Positions 1 through 11,374 of a stretch of DNA of 64,000 nt are shown here, piece by piece. The DNA is taken from the NCBI GenBank assembly GCA_051362555.1, contig CM120640.1:15314001-15378000 (forward strand). Reading direction: 5' to 3'. Below the pieces are notes generated by a model. It made no database searches. It saw nothing but the letters and a program-made list of their open reading frames with translations, and had not been told where the DNA came from. Position numbers and translations under genes: made by a program. Within the stretch, counting starts at the first letter, position 1. Every line of letters starts with the position of its first letter. This DNA comes from Lingula anatina (taxonomy: Eukaryota > Animalia > Brachiopoda).

Positions 1-60
1 ATATGACATACTGATTTTGTTCAACTTTGATAAATGATTCCTGTTCCTTTTGATGTACAG

Positions 61-2200
61 ATGCTGCTCCACGTGACCTAATGGACCAGCTGCTTTTAGC
101 ACAGAAAGAGTCTGAAGAGGAGGGAGGTGAAGATACTAAGAACTTGCTGACAGACACACATGTTGTGCAGACTGTATTAGATGTGTTTTTTGGTATGAAT
201 TTAAGATCCTCATTATGAGAGAAGATAGTTTTGATGGAATAACTAACTTTCTAATTACATGTTACTCTTTCACTAGGGGAAAATTTAGATATTATTTATG
301 TATTTCAATCTCAATTTTAGAATTTGAATAAGCAACCTGTAATTTTTATCATTGACTCTTTAATTTGTCATTTTTACTTTCTAATTTGTCATTTGAGCTG
401 TTCATAAATTGCTATATTTAGCTTTTAATTAAACATCCATTGAGATTTTAATTGGAATTCTATATACAAATAAATTATTGTTATTATTATTATTTAGCTG
501 GAACAGAAACCTCTTCAGAAACTCTGAAATGGATACTTATGTATACAGCAGCTCATCCAGATGTTCAGGAAAAGATGCACAATGAAATATTGGATGTTTT
601 AGGTGATTGGTTTAAGGCAAATTGGAAAATTATTTGTATTGAAATAGGGAAAATTGTTCTAACATATTACCATAGTGTAGTTACATATGTGAATGGTAAA
701 AAAATCTGACAAAATCTCATTGCACCAAGAAATAGTTACGAATATCAATTTTGACAACTGAAATAAAGAATAAATTGTGCAAAAATTATATGAATAATTA
801 TCAAGGTGAAGTTGACATTGGTCTTGCAGAAAAAAGTGTCAAAGAACAGGATTAAAATCATTTTCATGGAATTTGTCTATATTTTTCTACCAATCAGTTT
901 TTACAGCAAACATTTATCCCATGCCACCAGTATATCATGTACCAGTTGCTGCTTCTACAATAGCATGTGCCATTCAAAGTTTTATTTTTGATACATGTAC
1001 CAATTTTTTGCTGTATCTTTGTTTCTATAACAGGAGGCAGTGATGACCTTCTCAAAAGCAAACCCAAGTTAACATACTGTGATGCTGTTTTGCATGAAGT
1101 GATGAGACTGAGGCCAGCAGTCCCAATGTCTCTGTTTCACAAAGTCCTGCAAGATACAAAACTGGGTAAGTCTACTGGCGATCTAGGAAAACTTTTTGGT
1201 GTATCTTTAATATATATGTATAATTAAAGTTAAAGATTAAAAAAATCATTTTTTAAAAGACTAAACATGTTTTGCTTACCTGGGAGCCATTACATTTCAA
1301 TTAATCAAATTAATTTTTTTATCAATTGTTCTTGATCATTTGATGTACAGTATTCATTATTTCTTCAAGGAAAGTATTATTTGCCGAAGGGAACAATTGT
1401 CACTCCAAACATATGGGGAATACACCATGATCCCGCAAACTGGGATTCACCAGAAGAATTCAGACCAGAAAGGTTCTTAGATGAACATGGCAACATACAT
1501 GTGGATTCTAAGATATGGCTTCCATTCTCCAGTGGGAAGAGAAAATGTCTTGGGGAAGCCCTGGCCAGATCTGACATAATGATGATCATGGTGTGTACCC
1601 TTTGGATAAATGAAATTTTTTTGATTGCACAACAGTATCTAGGACATCTTCACCCCCCCCCCCCTCCTCCAGAAATACTACCGTTCTTTTTGTTACATTT
1701 ATCTTTAAATAGAAATTACTTTACTGAAAAAAATCATGGGTAGATTTTTGTGTCAGAATTGAATTTTTTAACCTAAATACACCATATTTTAAATATCTGA
1801 CCTACATTACATGCCAAAAACATCAGAATTTAACATCATTTTGGCAGGATCATGATGAAAAGAGATAGAAATGAATATTGCATTCAAAACAAAATACATT
1901 TTAAATGTTCCAGAATATTTATGGACATATTTTTACAATAGTTTTCATGTTTTAATAAAATTTGATTCAGGAAAACCTTTTTAACGACGTCTTTGGTGTT
2001 GATAATATTCCCTTTGTCTTGATTTTGATGATTATTGACATGATTTGACTGTTTGTTTTTTGTTTCATCAGGCTTTGTTTTTCCGGGACTTCAAAGTGAG
2101 CTTTCCACCCAATGTTACAGGAGACTTCGAACCAGCAGATAAAATCATTGACTGCCACTGTAAACGTCAGAAACTGGTTATTGAAAAGAGGAAAGGCTAG
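61..2200 (+). CDS. Cytochrome P450, clan 2 (CYP17/CYP2-like), tandem copy 1; 5' part lies outside the window
   Basis: GT-AG exons 61-192, 498-602, 1034-1165, 1370-1590, 2072-2200 splice in frame. They give the I-helix AGTETS, K-helix EVMR, PERF and heme motif FSSGKRKCLG, ending ...KLVIEKRKG*. Confidence 0.93.
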
Positions 2201-2229
2201 ATTTACACACACACACAATAACATATATA

Positions 2230-3330
2230 ATACTGTATGAGTATTCCAGGACATGAATAATTTTATATTAAATCTTTTTTATTAATATCAGATCATGGTC
2301 TCCATTTACATCTAAATGTATAAATATGAATATAATAACCATTAAAAAAATTGCTATAAAACAGCTATGGATATTGGATGGAGTAACATGTTGATACACC
2401 ATGTTCCAATCTTTTATTGATAATTGTGGAAATACTTGACTAAATCTAACCACCGCTATGGCACTCGATTAAATTGTTATTACCATGTTGGTAACTGCGA
2501 TACATGACATTTGTAAAGTACAAGAACTTGAAGTGTAAATATCAAGACAATACATGGTGGAGCAGGACACAAAGGAACCGAAAGAACTGGCACCAAAGGA
2601 GCAACTGACTACTAACCTGATTTTCCTAGGCAGAACTTTAGACATAACATATTTCATATATTTCAAACCATATATAGTCCTTCATTTAGTGGATTTTTTG
2701 GAATGCTTACATTTTATTCTATTAAGACACCCTGTTTAGTACCTTCTATTTTATTAAGAAACACATCAGTAGGCCTACATTAAATCATGTACACAATATG
2801 ACATGTTTACCATGCAGTTTTTCCTTTAAGCCACCAACTGTGACACTCCGGGGGTCTTGGAGTAACATGTTAAGTAATGACAGTTCACAGTATATCCATT
2901 TAATTTTTTGCAAAGAAATAAATACATTAACAAATATTTTGGTGCAATTTCACCATCGGGCCTATATAAATCACTTGGGTGCCATTAAAACTTTGATTAT
3001 CACATAAGTACCAATAAACAATAACAGGATTGATGGATCATGTGCAAATGTAAACACACATAGATATAGAATTTAATGTAAAAAATAATGACATATACCA
3101 TCAAAGGTTATAGAATGAGATTTAAAACTTTGGAGAATATAGTACATAATTAATGACATCTTTAATGTGTACTACTAAGTCTGCTGTGTATGATCTCAGA
3201 AACATTGTCGAGACTCAGTCGTTATACTGTATATATTTATAAGAATGTCAAAAATATATATACAATATAATGTGTTCTTAAAAGATATATAATACATTCA
3301 AGAAAGTAAAGTTCAAATCTAATACATCTC
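2230..3330. repeat. 3' flank of CYP copy 1, paralogous to 14190-15290 (part of the tandem duplication unit)
   Basis: Long shared runs, e.g. GCACTCGATTAAATTGTTATTACCATGTTGGTAACTGCGATACAT at ~2461 and ~14433, and TAAGTACCAATAAACAATAACAGGA at ~3005 and ~14926. Confidence 0.9.
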
Positions 3331-5400
3331 TTTAGGGTGTTGTTACCTTTTATTATCATCCAGATACCAAAAATGAGGTTTTTTCCTGCATCTATAATTT
3401 GACAATAATGCATCTATTTTGTGCTGATTTAAAACAATAAAAAAACCCACGAAAATGTAAGATATCGGCTTTTATATCTCTCGTTGCAATTTAAAAGCAT
3501 AGTTAATTCAAAGCTTTAATCGCCAATTTAACACTTCTATTTTGAGGTAAGACACGTAGCAATCGTTATGGGGCGTAACTTCATCCCTGAACAAGATTTT
3601 ATCACGAAAATTTGCAGCATTGACCACGAGTGTATGAGCTACAATCCCGTGCAGTCATTTTGGTTTAAATGCTTTTGTTATGGAGTTATGAGCTCTTAAT
3701 TACATATTTTCATTGAACAAAGGCATTATTTAACTTTGTCGACGATAAAATCTGGCAGGGTTTTAGAGTACAAAATGATGTTATGGAATCAGCGTTGATA
3801 AGGTGATCATGGGTGCTGTAAGGTAAAGGAAAAATTAGAGAAAACGATTTTTTCAGTTTTTACCCCCAATTAAATGCCAATTGTGATGTCACCCGTAAGA
3901 TGCTTGAATGATCTGTGTGCGACCTTAACGATCACTGTGCGTTCTTTGAGTGTCCAACGTCGTCCTGGCCAGTTTCATGGTCGCACAAAGGACGCAGAAA
4001 GGACGCCGTCCAGTGTAAAGAGGGTTTAACCTTATGTGTTATTTGGGTTTCAAGGTATATTGTAGCAAGGAGTTATAACAGTTATAACTCCTTGATTGTA
4101 GAGTGCATTTTAGAAGTTCGATTTCAGAAACAATTAAGTCTTGGCTTCCTTCACAAAAGACTCAAATGACATAAAAGTCTGCAAAGGATAAGCCTATATT
4201 ATATCAGGCATAGGTGGGTCTAAATAGAGGGGGGTGGGGGGGGGTGGGGGTAAGACGGTAAAATATTAAAATCATTCCGCCATCCTATACTGTAGAAGGA
4301 AGAGGCGCCTAAAAATCAGCAAAATCATGGTTCACCCTCTTCAAGTAGGCCTAATATGGGAGAGTGGAATGTCGCCGCAGTTAGTGCAGTTAAACCCCTT
4401 AAACATTTGCTCTCCTTTTTATATATAGTCTGACCCACAATATTGGTAGGCCCTTTAAGTGCAGGTACACTTGAACCAGATGAACGCCATGTCAACAATA
4501 TTAGGCCTACTGCATCGTCATCTGTTGACAAATCGACGGCGCCCATAGTCGTGCCTGTGAGTCGTCTGGGGAAACCATGAGCATTTTTGCATCATTCTTT
4601 CGGCTCGATTCCTCTTTTTAATTTCAGTTGATGACTTCATATGCCGTGGTCGTGATATCATCTATGAAAATCCAAGCCTTAATAAGCGAACTTTTAGTCT
4701 AAGGACTAATGCACCACGAGGAACTGATACATTTTCGCGTCATCGTTACAATCTACTAGAAATAAGGTATCAAAGACACATTACCAGCGTTTTAAACATC
4801 TGTTGAAATTTTAGACTAGGTCAGAGGTACGTTAACTTGGTTAGAGTCATATTTTATTATTATTTGTTCTAAAACAAGTACGTTATTCATAGTTATTCTC
4901 AGTATTGTACCTGTGCACAGTGTAGCTCTGATATTAAACGGTAGAAAACATGCACCCGAAGGTCAGTTAAATTACGCATGCGTGTCACCAAGACCTTGAT
5001 TGCGTTGTGGTAGACTAGTGAGGTATATTCAGTGGTTTATGTGGTTTTTAGAGACATTGGCTGATCTAGTTGACAGACGAGCGATGGTTCAGTTGTACTA
5101 ACTAAGCTTGTTACACAGGAGGATCCATGTGTTTGTATCATGTAAACTATTTAATGTGTTTGCTATGCATTTTTAATTTGCACAATACAACTTAATTGCA
5201 TCTTCTACAGTTTTTTTTAACAGGGCAATTAATTTAATTAATTTTAAGGATGGTGTGTATCATAAAGTCTACATATGTATAAATTTACATTGAATATAAG
5301 AACATATAAGAAAAATATTGATATGACCTTATTGGTTTTTGTTATTAGGTAAATGTCACATGCTCAACATTTTTATATTTACCAGGTATATTAACAAAAG

Positions 5401-8400
5401 ATGGAAATAGTAGATTACGTGATTGGTCTAGATGTGAAGACGGTAGTTGTTGCCAGCCTGGCATTTCTTCTAGCCATGGTGTATCTAAGACGGAGGAAGG
5501 GAAATCTACCACCTGGACCCATGCAAGTGCCTTTTCTTGGAAGCATTTTTGGTAAATTGCTTAACCTTACAGTGTACTTTCTTATATCTGGGGGTGGGGT
5601 GGGGCAATTTCAGTGGATTGTGCCAGTGAGCATGTTTACAAGTATGTGGTAGAAAAGGTGAGATGTATGGTACCTTTTGCCACCTTAAAATTAGTTTTAA
5701 GTTACATCATATTAGCCTATCAATATCCTTTAGTTTTGAAAGTAATTTTTAGTTGTACTTTTAAAACATTATAAAAAAAGTGTCTTGTTTTAATTTTCTT
5801 CCAGCTCTCAATAAGGATGTTAGACTGTTCAAGGTGTGTGAAGAACTGGCAAAAACATATGGTGAAATGACAACAATTAGCTTAGGCAAGTTATGTAACA
5901 TATTTATTTATTTATTTATTTATTAGGTTAAAATATAATATTATTAATGCCTTTTTAAAAATAGCATAAGACTATGCAGTTGACATCATGACAAATTAGT
6001 TCTTTACTTTCTTGACAGTTGTATCGATAATAATTTGGTCTTATCAGCTGTTTAAAGATGCATTCAAAGTCAAAATTTTGCCATAAAATCCAACCAAATG
6101 TTACCATATAGTTTCAATTAGTATAATTTAGAAAAATACCAAAGGGCATCATTTCATATTTCCCAAACACTGATATTTGAATAGATATTTTTCTGCTTTC
6201 TTTCTGTGCTACACTGTATATATTATATATCCCTCAGCAGGCTCATTTAAATAAGTATGCAATTTTGGGCCCAGCTTTACATTCATATATATCATTATAA
6301 AGGAGGTGAGCGAGAGTGATTATGCAATGTGCGTGCAGCCATACGCCATTTAAGGGACTTCAACTAACTGGAGGGAAGGATACATAACCTGAGGTCAATT
6401 TACGACCAAAAAAGCTGGGGTTTTTTTGGCAAAATTTGGGATTATTTGGATGAATGACTTGACATGTCAACTTTATTTTAGTCATATAAGAAAATAGTGG
6501 AAGTGGTTAATATGCCTTATTGGGCATCCACACTTGCTTTATATGTATTATAACTTTAAAAATGTTATCCTTTCTTTTCAGGGTTGGTACTGGATAAGCT
6601 TGTCATTTTGAACTCTGCAGATGTGGTTCATGAAGCCTTCGTAGAGAAGAAAGAAATAATGGCAGGAAGAGACACAACTATTTGGTCATGTAAGACCTTG
6701 AGAAATGCAATATTTGACATAATTTTACCTTGTTGAAGGTTATCCTTTTCTTACAGTCGATTAAGTGCACTGAATGGTTCAGAAATATAGCATTTGGTGA
6801 ATTTGGCCCAAGCTTATTTATTGAAAATTTATAATCCTTTTCTTACAGTTGGCTACATCTCTGAAGGGTTTAAAGATATAGCAGTTGGTGACTTTGGTCC
6901 AACATGGAAGCTTCAAAGAAAATTGGCACTTAAAGCTATCAGGTACATGTACTTCTGTATAGCTTATTGCTCAGAAGACCAAGAATAAAGCTATTTGATG
7001 AAATGGGGTTTTCATTGTCTCTTGTGTCATAAATCAGTTCCTAAGAGGTAAAAATGTTTATCCATTAAGTTAATATAAAGTTCTTAAGAAATTTAAGTAT
7101 GATTGTTAAGGTTAAAAACTTCCCATTTTCTTTTCAAAGTATATATGAGGAAATGTAACATTTATTACCAATTCGTTTTTTTCCACTGTTTTTTTATGTA
7201 AGTACCATTTGGTCCACATACTATTGTAAAATTTTGATGAATGAGTATATAAAAATTTGTATATCGTTATACATGTATTTTAATGGTTTTGCAGGACATA
7301 CACCATGGGGACTAAGCTGGAGCAACTATTGAAGTCCTCCTACAGTGATGTGGCAGCTTTATTGGAGAAAGAGAAAGAACCTTTTTACTTTGGGGAGTAC
7401 ATCCATTTAATGTTGTACAATATTATCTGTAGAATGGCATTTGGGAAAAGGTAAGAACTTTAAAGACTTAAATCTTTATGTAGCAAAATATTATTGAAAT
7501 TTAATGTCTGAAATCTTTTCTTAATCTAGGGTATGTCCTGTCCCAAAGTGTTGGTACAATTTGGATTTATAAAGCAAAACTGTTGGTAAAATGACCTTTA
7601 AGTAACTTATCTTTTTTATATTTACCAGTACCAGCAGGTTAAAAAATACTATTAATAAAAACAATCCTGCTCAGTAAATATCCTAAAAATATGTTTTCAT
7701 TCAAGAGGCACATCTGTCACAGTATAATACCAATTTTATTTACAGCATTGTTGTTATTTTTTAGCTACAAAATTGATGACCCCGAGTTTCTTCAGTGGAG
7801 AAAATTACTAACCTTGCTGGTGGAAGATTTCTTCCAAAGTTTTCTACCACCAGATTTGCTACCTCTGCTGGAGCATGCACCAATAAAAAGAGTAGCTGCA
7901 TATAAAGAGTGTGTCAAGGAATTGCATGGATTAGCCTATAAGAAACTGAAAGAGCACAAGGCAACTTTTGATCCAGGTAATCCATGTTTTCTGTAGGTGT
8001 TTTAATGTCCTTGGGTACCATTTTCAAAGCCCACTCCATTTCTTAGAAAAGTACTTCAGTATTACTTTTTAGAAACATTTGTTTATTATTATTATTATTT
8101 ATTTTATAGTACAGTATGTGCAAACAATTTACCTTTGAGTCTGGATAGTAAGGTTGTACATGTAATACCAGTTTACTTTGTTTGTGGACAGATACCGTAT
8201 ATAATTTGAAATTTTTGTGCCCTCCCCCCCATTACTTTTTCAAAATTTGTACTTTTTAGTTGCCCATGAAAATGTACTCTATAACATGAAGTCATCTCAT
8301 TTCAGATCTTCTGAATCAACATTTGTATGCAATGCTAACAACATTGTTTCGGAGAATATGATCTATTAATTGTGTTCAACTTTGATAAAAGATCACTGTA

Positions 8401-10433
8401 CCTTTTGATATAGATGCTCCACGTGACCTAATGGATCAGCTGCTTTTAGCACAGAAAGAGTCTGAAGAAGAGGGAGGTGAAGATACTAAGAACTTGCTGA
8501 CAGACACACATGTTGTGCAGACTGTATTAGATGTGTTTTTTGGTATGAATTTGAAATTCTCACAATGAGAGTAAATAGTTTTGATGGATTAACTAACTTT
8601 GTTATTACATGTTACTCTTTCTTTAGATATCATTTATGTATTTCAATCTCAGTTTTAGAATGAGCAACCTGTAATTTTTATCATTGGCTTTTTAATTTGT
8701 AATTTTTACTTCTTAATTTGTCATTTAAGCGGTTAATAAATTGTAACATTAAGCTCATAATTGAACACCCATTGAGATTTTAATAGAAATGCCATATAGA
8801 AATAAATTGTTGTCATTATTATTATTATTTAGCTGGAACAGAAACCTCCTCAGAAACCCTGAAATGGACACTTATGTATACAGCAGCTTATCCAGATGTT
8901 CAGGAAAAGATGCACAATGAAATATTGGATGTTTTAGGTGAATGCTTAGAAGTAAATTCAATAAAATGTACAAAATTTGTTAAAATTTGTATGAACTTTT
9001 ATGAAAATCATAAAATTTTTATTAAAATCATTCTCATGGAAGTTTTTGATATTTTTGACAAATCAGTTTTTAAAGCACCAGTGGCATATAATTGTGCTGT
9101 TCATGATCTAAGTTTTGATGCCATTTTTTTGTACCTTTGTTTCTATAACAGGAGACAGTGATGACCTTCTCAAAAGCAAATCCAAGTTAACATACTGCGA
9201 TGCTGTTTTGCATGAAGTTATGAGACTGAGGCCAGTGGTCCCAATGTCTCTTTTTCACAAAGTCCTGCAAGATACAAAACTGAGTATGTCAGTTTGAATT
9301 ACTGCAATATTTGTGTATCTTTTCAGTTTATCTTGTATAAGTGTTTGGAATTTTAAAAAGGACATCATTTTTAAAAAAGAACGTTTTGCTCACTGTGAGA
9401 CATACACGTACATGTACATGTAATATTTTATCTCATCAAATTTAATTTTTCATCTATTGTCATTGATCACATGATTGACTTGTAGATGTAATATTGTGTA
9501 GCTTTAATCTCAAAAGTTGAAGTGATGTATCCATGAACAGAATGTATATATTATTTCTTTAAGGAGAATACGATTTGCCGAAGGGAACAATTGTCACTCC
9601 AAACATATGGGGAATACACCATGATCCCGCTAACTGGGATTCACCAGAAGAATTCAGACCAGAAAGGTTCTTAGATGAACATGGCAACATACATGTGGAT
9701 TCTAAGATTTGGCTTCCATTCTCCAGTGGGAAGAGAAAGTGTCTTGGGGAAGCCCTGGCCAGATCTGACATAATGATGATCATGGTGTGTACCCATTGGA
9801 TAAATGAAATTTAAAAAAAATTGTAAAACATAATCTAGGACTTTTTCACCCCCCTCACCCCCCCCCCCCCCCCCCCTCCAACAATACCATTGTTCTTTTT
9901 GTTACATCTTTAAATAGAAATTACTTCATTATTAAAGCATGGGTAGATTTTTATGTCAGAATTGAACTTTTTAACCTAGATACACCATATTTTAAATATC
10001 TGACCTACATTACATGCCAAAAACATCCAAATTTAACATCATTTTGGCAGGATCATGATGAAAAGAGATGAATACTGCATTCAAAACAAAATACATTATA
10101 AATGGTCCAGAAAAAGTGTATGGACATATTTTCACAATAGTTTGCATGTTTGAGTAAAATTTGATTGACATTTAGCATTCAGAAAAAGTAATCAAAAATC
10201 AATCAAAACCACTTAAATGATGTCTTCGGTGTTGATAATATCCCCTTTGTCTTAATTTTGAGGATTATTGACATGATTTGACTGTTTGTTTTTTGTTTCA
10301 TCAGGCTTTGTTTTTCCGGGACTTCAAAGTGAGCTTTCCACCCAATGTTACAGGAGACTTCGAACCTGCAGATAAAATCATTGACTGCCACTGTAAACGT
10401 CAGAAACTGGTTATTGAAAAGAGGAAAGGCTAG
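5401..10433 (+). CDS. Cytochrome P450, clan 2 (CYP17/CYP2-like), tandem copy 2, complete, about 505 aa
   Basis: Exons 5401-5551, 5805-5885, 6582-6689, 6849-6942, 7295-7450, 7765-7976, 8414-8542, 8833-8937, 9152-9283, 9564-9784, 10305-10433 sum to 1518 nt. N-terminal TM anchor + RRRK + LPPGP hinge, WKLQRK (WxxxR), AGTETS, EVMR, PERF, FSSGKRKCLG. Subfamily cannot be resolved by eye. Confidence 0.93.
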
Positions 10434-10458
10434 AATTACATATTATACTATGAAATAA

Positions 10459-10495
<37 letters not shown>

Positions 10496-10873
10496 TATAT
10501 ATAATAAAAGAAAAAGAAGAACAGCAACTTTCTTGCCCCGACCGGTTTCTTTCTTTCTTCAGGGGGTTTTGTTTATTTGTTACTAGGTGATGTCATAAAG
10601 GCTTAAATGTGACGTCTTTAACAATGAGTGTTTAATTGTTACTTTTACCAATGCTTTTATCTATTCAATGTAGGTTTATACTTATTAATGAATAGATTTT
10701 CTTTTATTTCCCTTTCTGTTTGGGTTGTTTCCCTGGTGAATTTATAAAATGGGAATACCGTAAAATCCTTGTTTTTGTTCATAGAGCATTCCCTAATGTG
10801 CCCACTCACAGACGTGCACTGATATTTAGGTTGTCTTATTTGTTGTCTGTGAACGGTCATTCTATGTCGGAGA
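10496..10873 (-). repeat. Inverted pseudo-LTR (antisense copy of the element 3' end 13428-13805)
   Basis: About 375 bp, apparently identical by eye. The minus ORF 10657-11001 reproduces the C-terminus LRHRMTVHRQ...YKPTLNR. Confidence 0.95.
10536..10566 (-). ncRNA. Second copy of the minimal hammerhead ribozyme, in the inverted pseudo-LTR
   Basis: CCCCGACCGGTTTCTTTCTTTCTTCAGGGGG is the exact reverse complement of 13735-13765. Confidence 0.72.
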
Positions 10874-11374
10874 AATGTCGATCGAGAAATGAGACAATTT
10901 CTGCAAGAAAATTCAAAGAATAACACCCTGGACACCCTCAATAAATTATGGCAAGAGGAATGCCTTGCAGAAGAGCAAAAATCGATAAACAGATGGCTCA
11001 AAACAGAAGGATGGTTAGAGAACTATCAAATGAAATTTCAAGAAATGTTCAAAGGAAAAAACCCCTTCTTTAAAATAAGGGACTCAACACCTAGCAAACA
11101 CAAAATCTTTCACCGACAAAGTAAATATCAAAAGGTAGCGATACAGAATCAAACTTATCCAGATGCATCTAGAAGACCTTTTTATCAGGCTGAACAAAAC
11201 AGCGTGCATGGGAGACAACAATATAATCCAACTTCCTTTATACCATATCACCCCAGCACGAACAAAGGAAACCGACAAATCCAATCAACAGTGAGACCAA
11301 ACCGACAAAAAGGCCATTTTTTAGGGAATGGTCAAGGGAAACCAGCCAGGAAAAAACGCTCGACTCAACAATAA
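10874..11374 (+). CDS. Upstream ORF (ORF1) of the Penelope-like element, probably 5'-truncated; helical N-part and basic Q/R/K-rich C-part
   Basis: Frame is open from the inversion junction at 10874 (ATG at 10889) to TAA at 11372-11374. It ends KPARKKRSTQQ and overlaps the RT frame by ~150 nt. Confidence 0.6.
   Translation, partial: NVDREMRQFLQENSKNNTLDTLNKLWQEECLAEEQKSINRWLKTEGWLENYQMKFQEMFKGKNPFFKIRDSTPSKHKIFHRQSKYQKVAIQNQTYPDASRRPFYQAEQNSVHGRQQYNPTSFIPYHPSTNKGNRQIQSTVRPNRQKGHFLGNGQGKPARKKRSTQQ

Noticed and set aside
3335-4030. Possible DNA-transposon remnants between the CYP copies (end CCAGTGTAAAGAGGGTTTAA)
   Set aside because: No matching second TIR or TSD could be found, so boundaries are unsupported.
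10657-11001. Minus-strand ORF ending in GIY-YIG C-terminal sequence
   Set aside because: It is only the inverted pseudo-LTR copy of the element's 3' end fused to antisense ORF1, not an independent gene.
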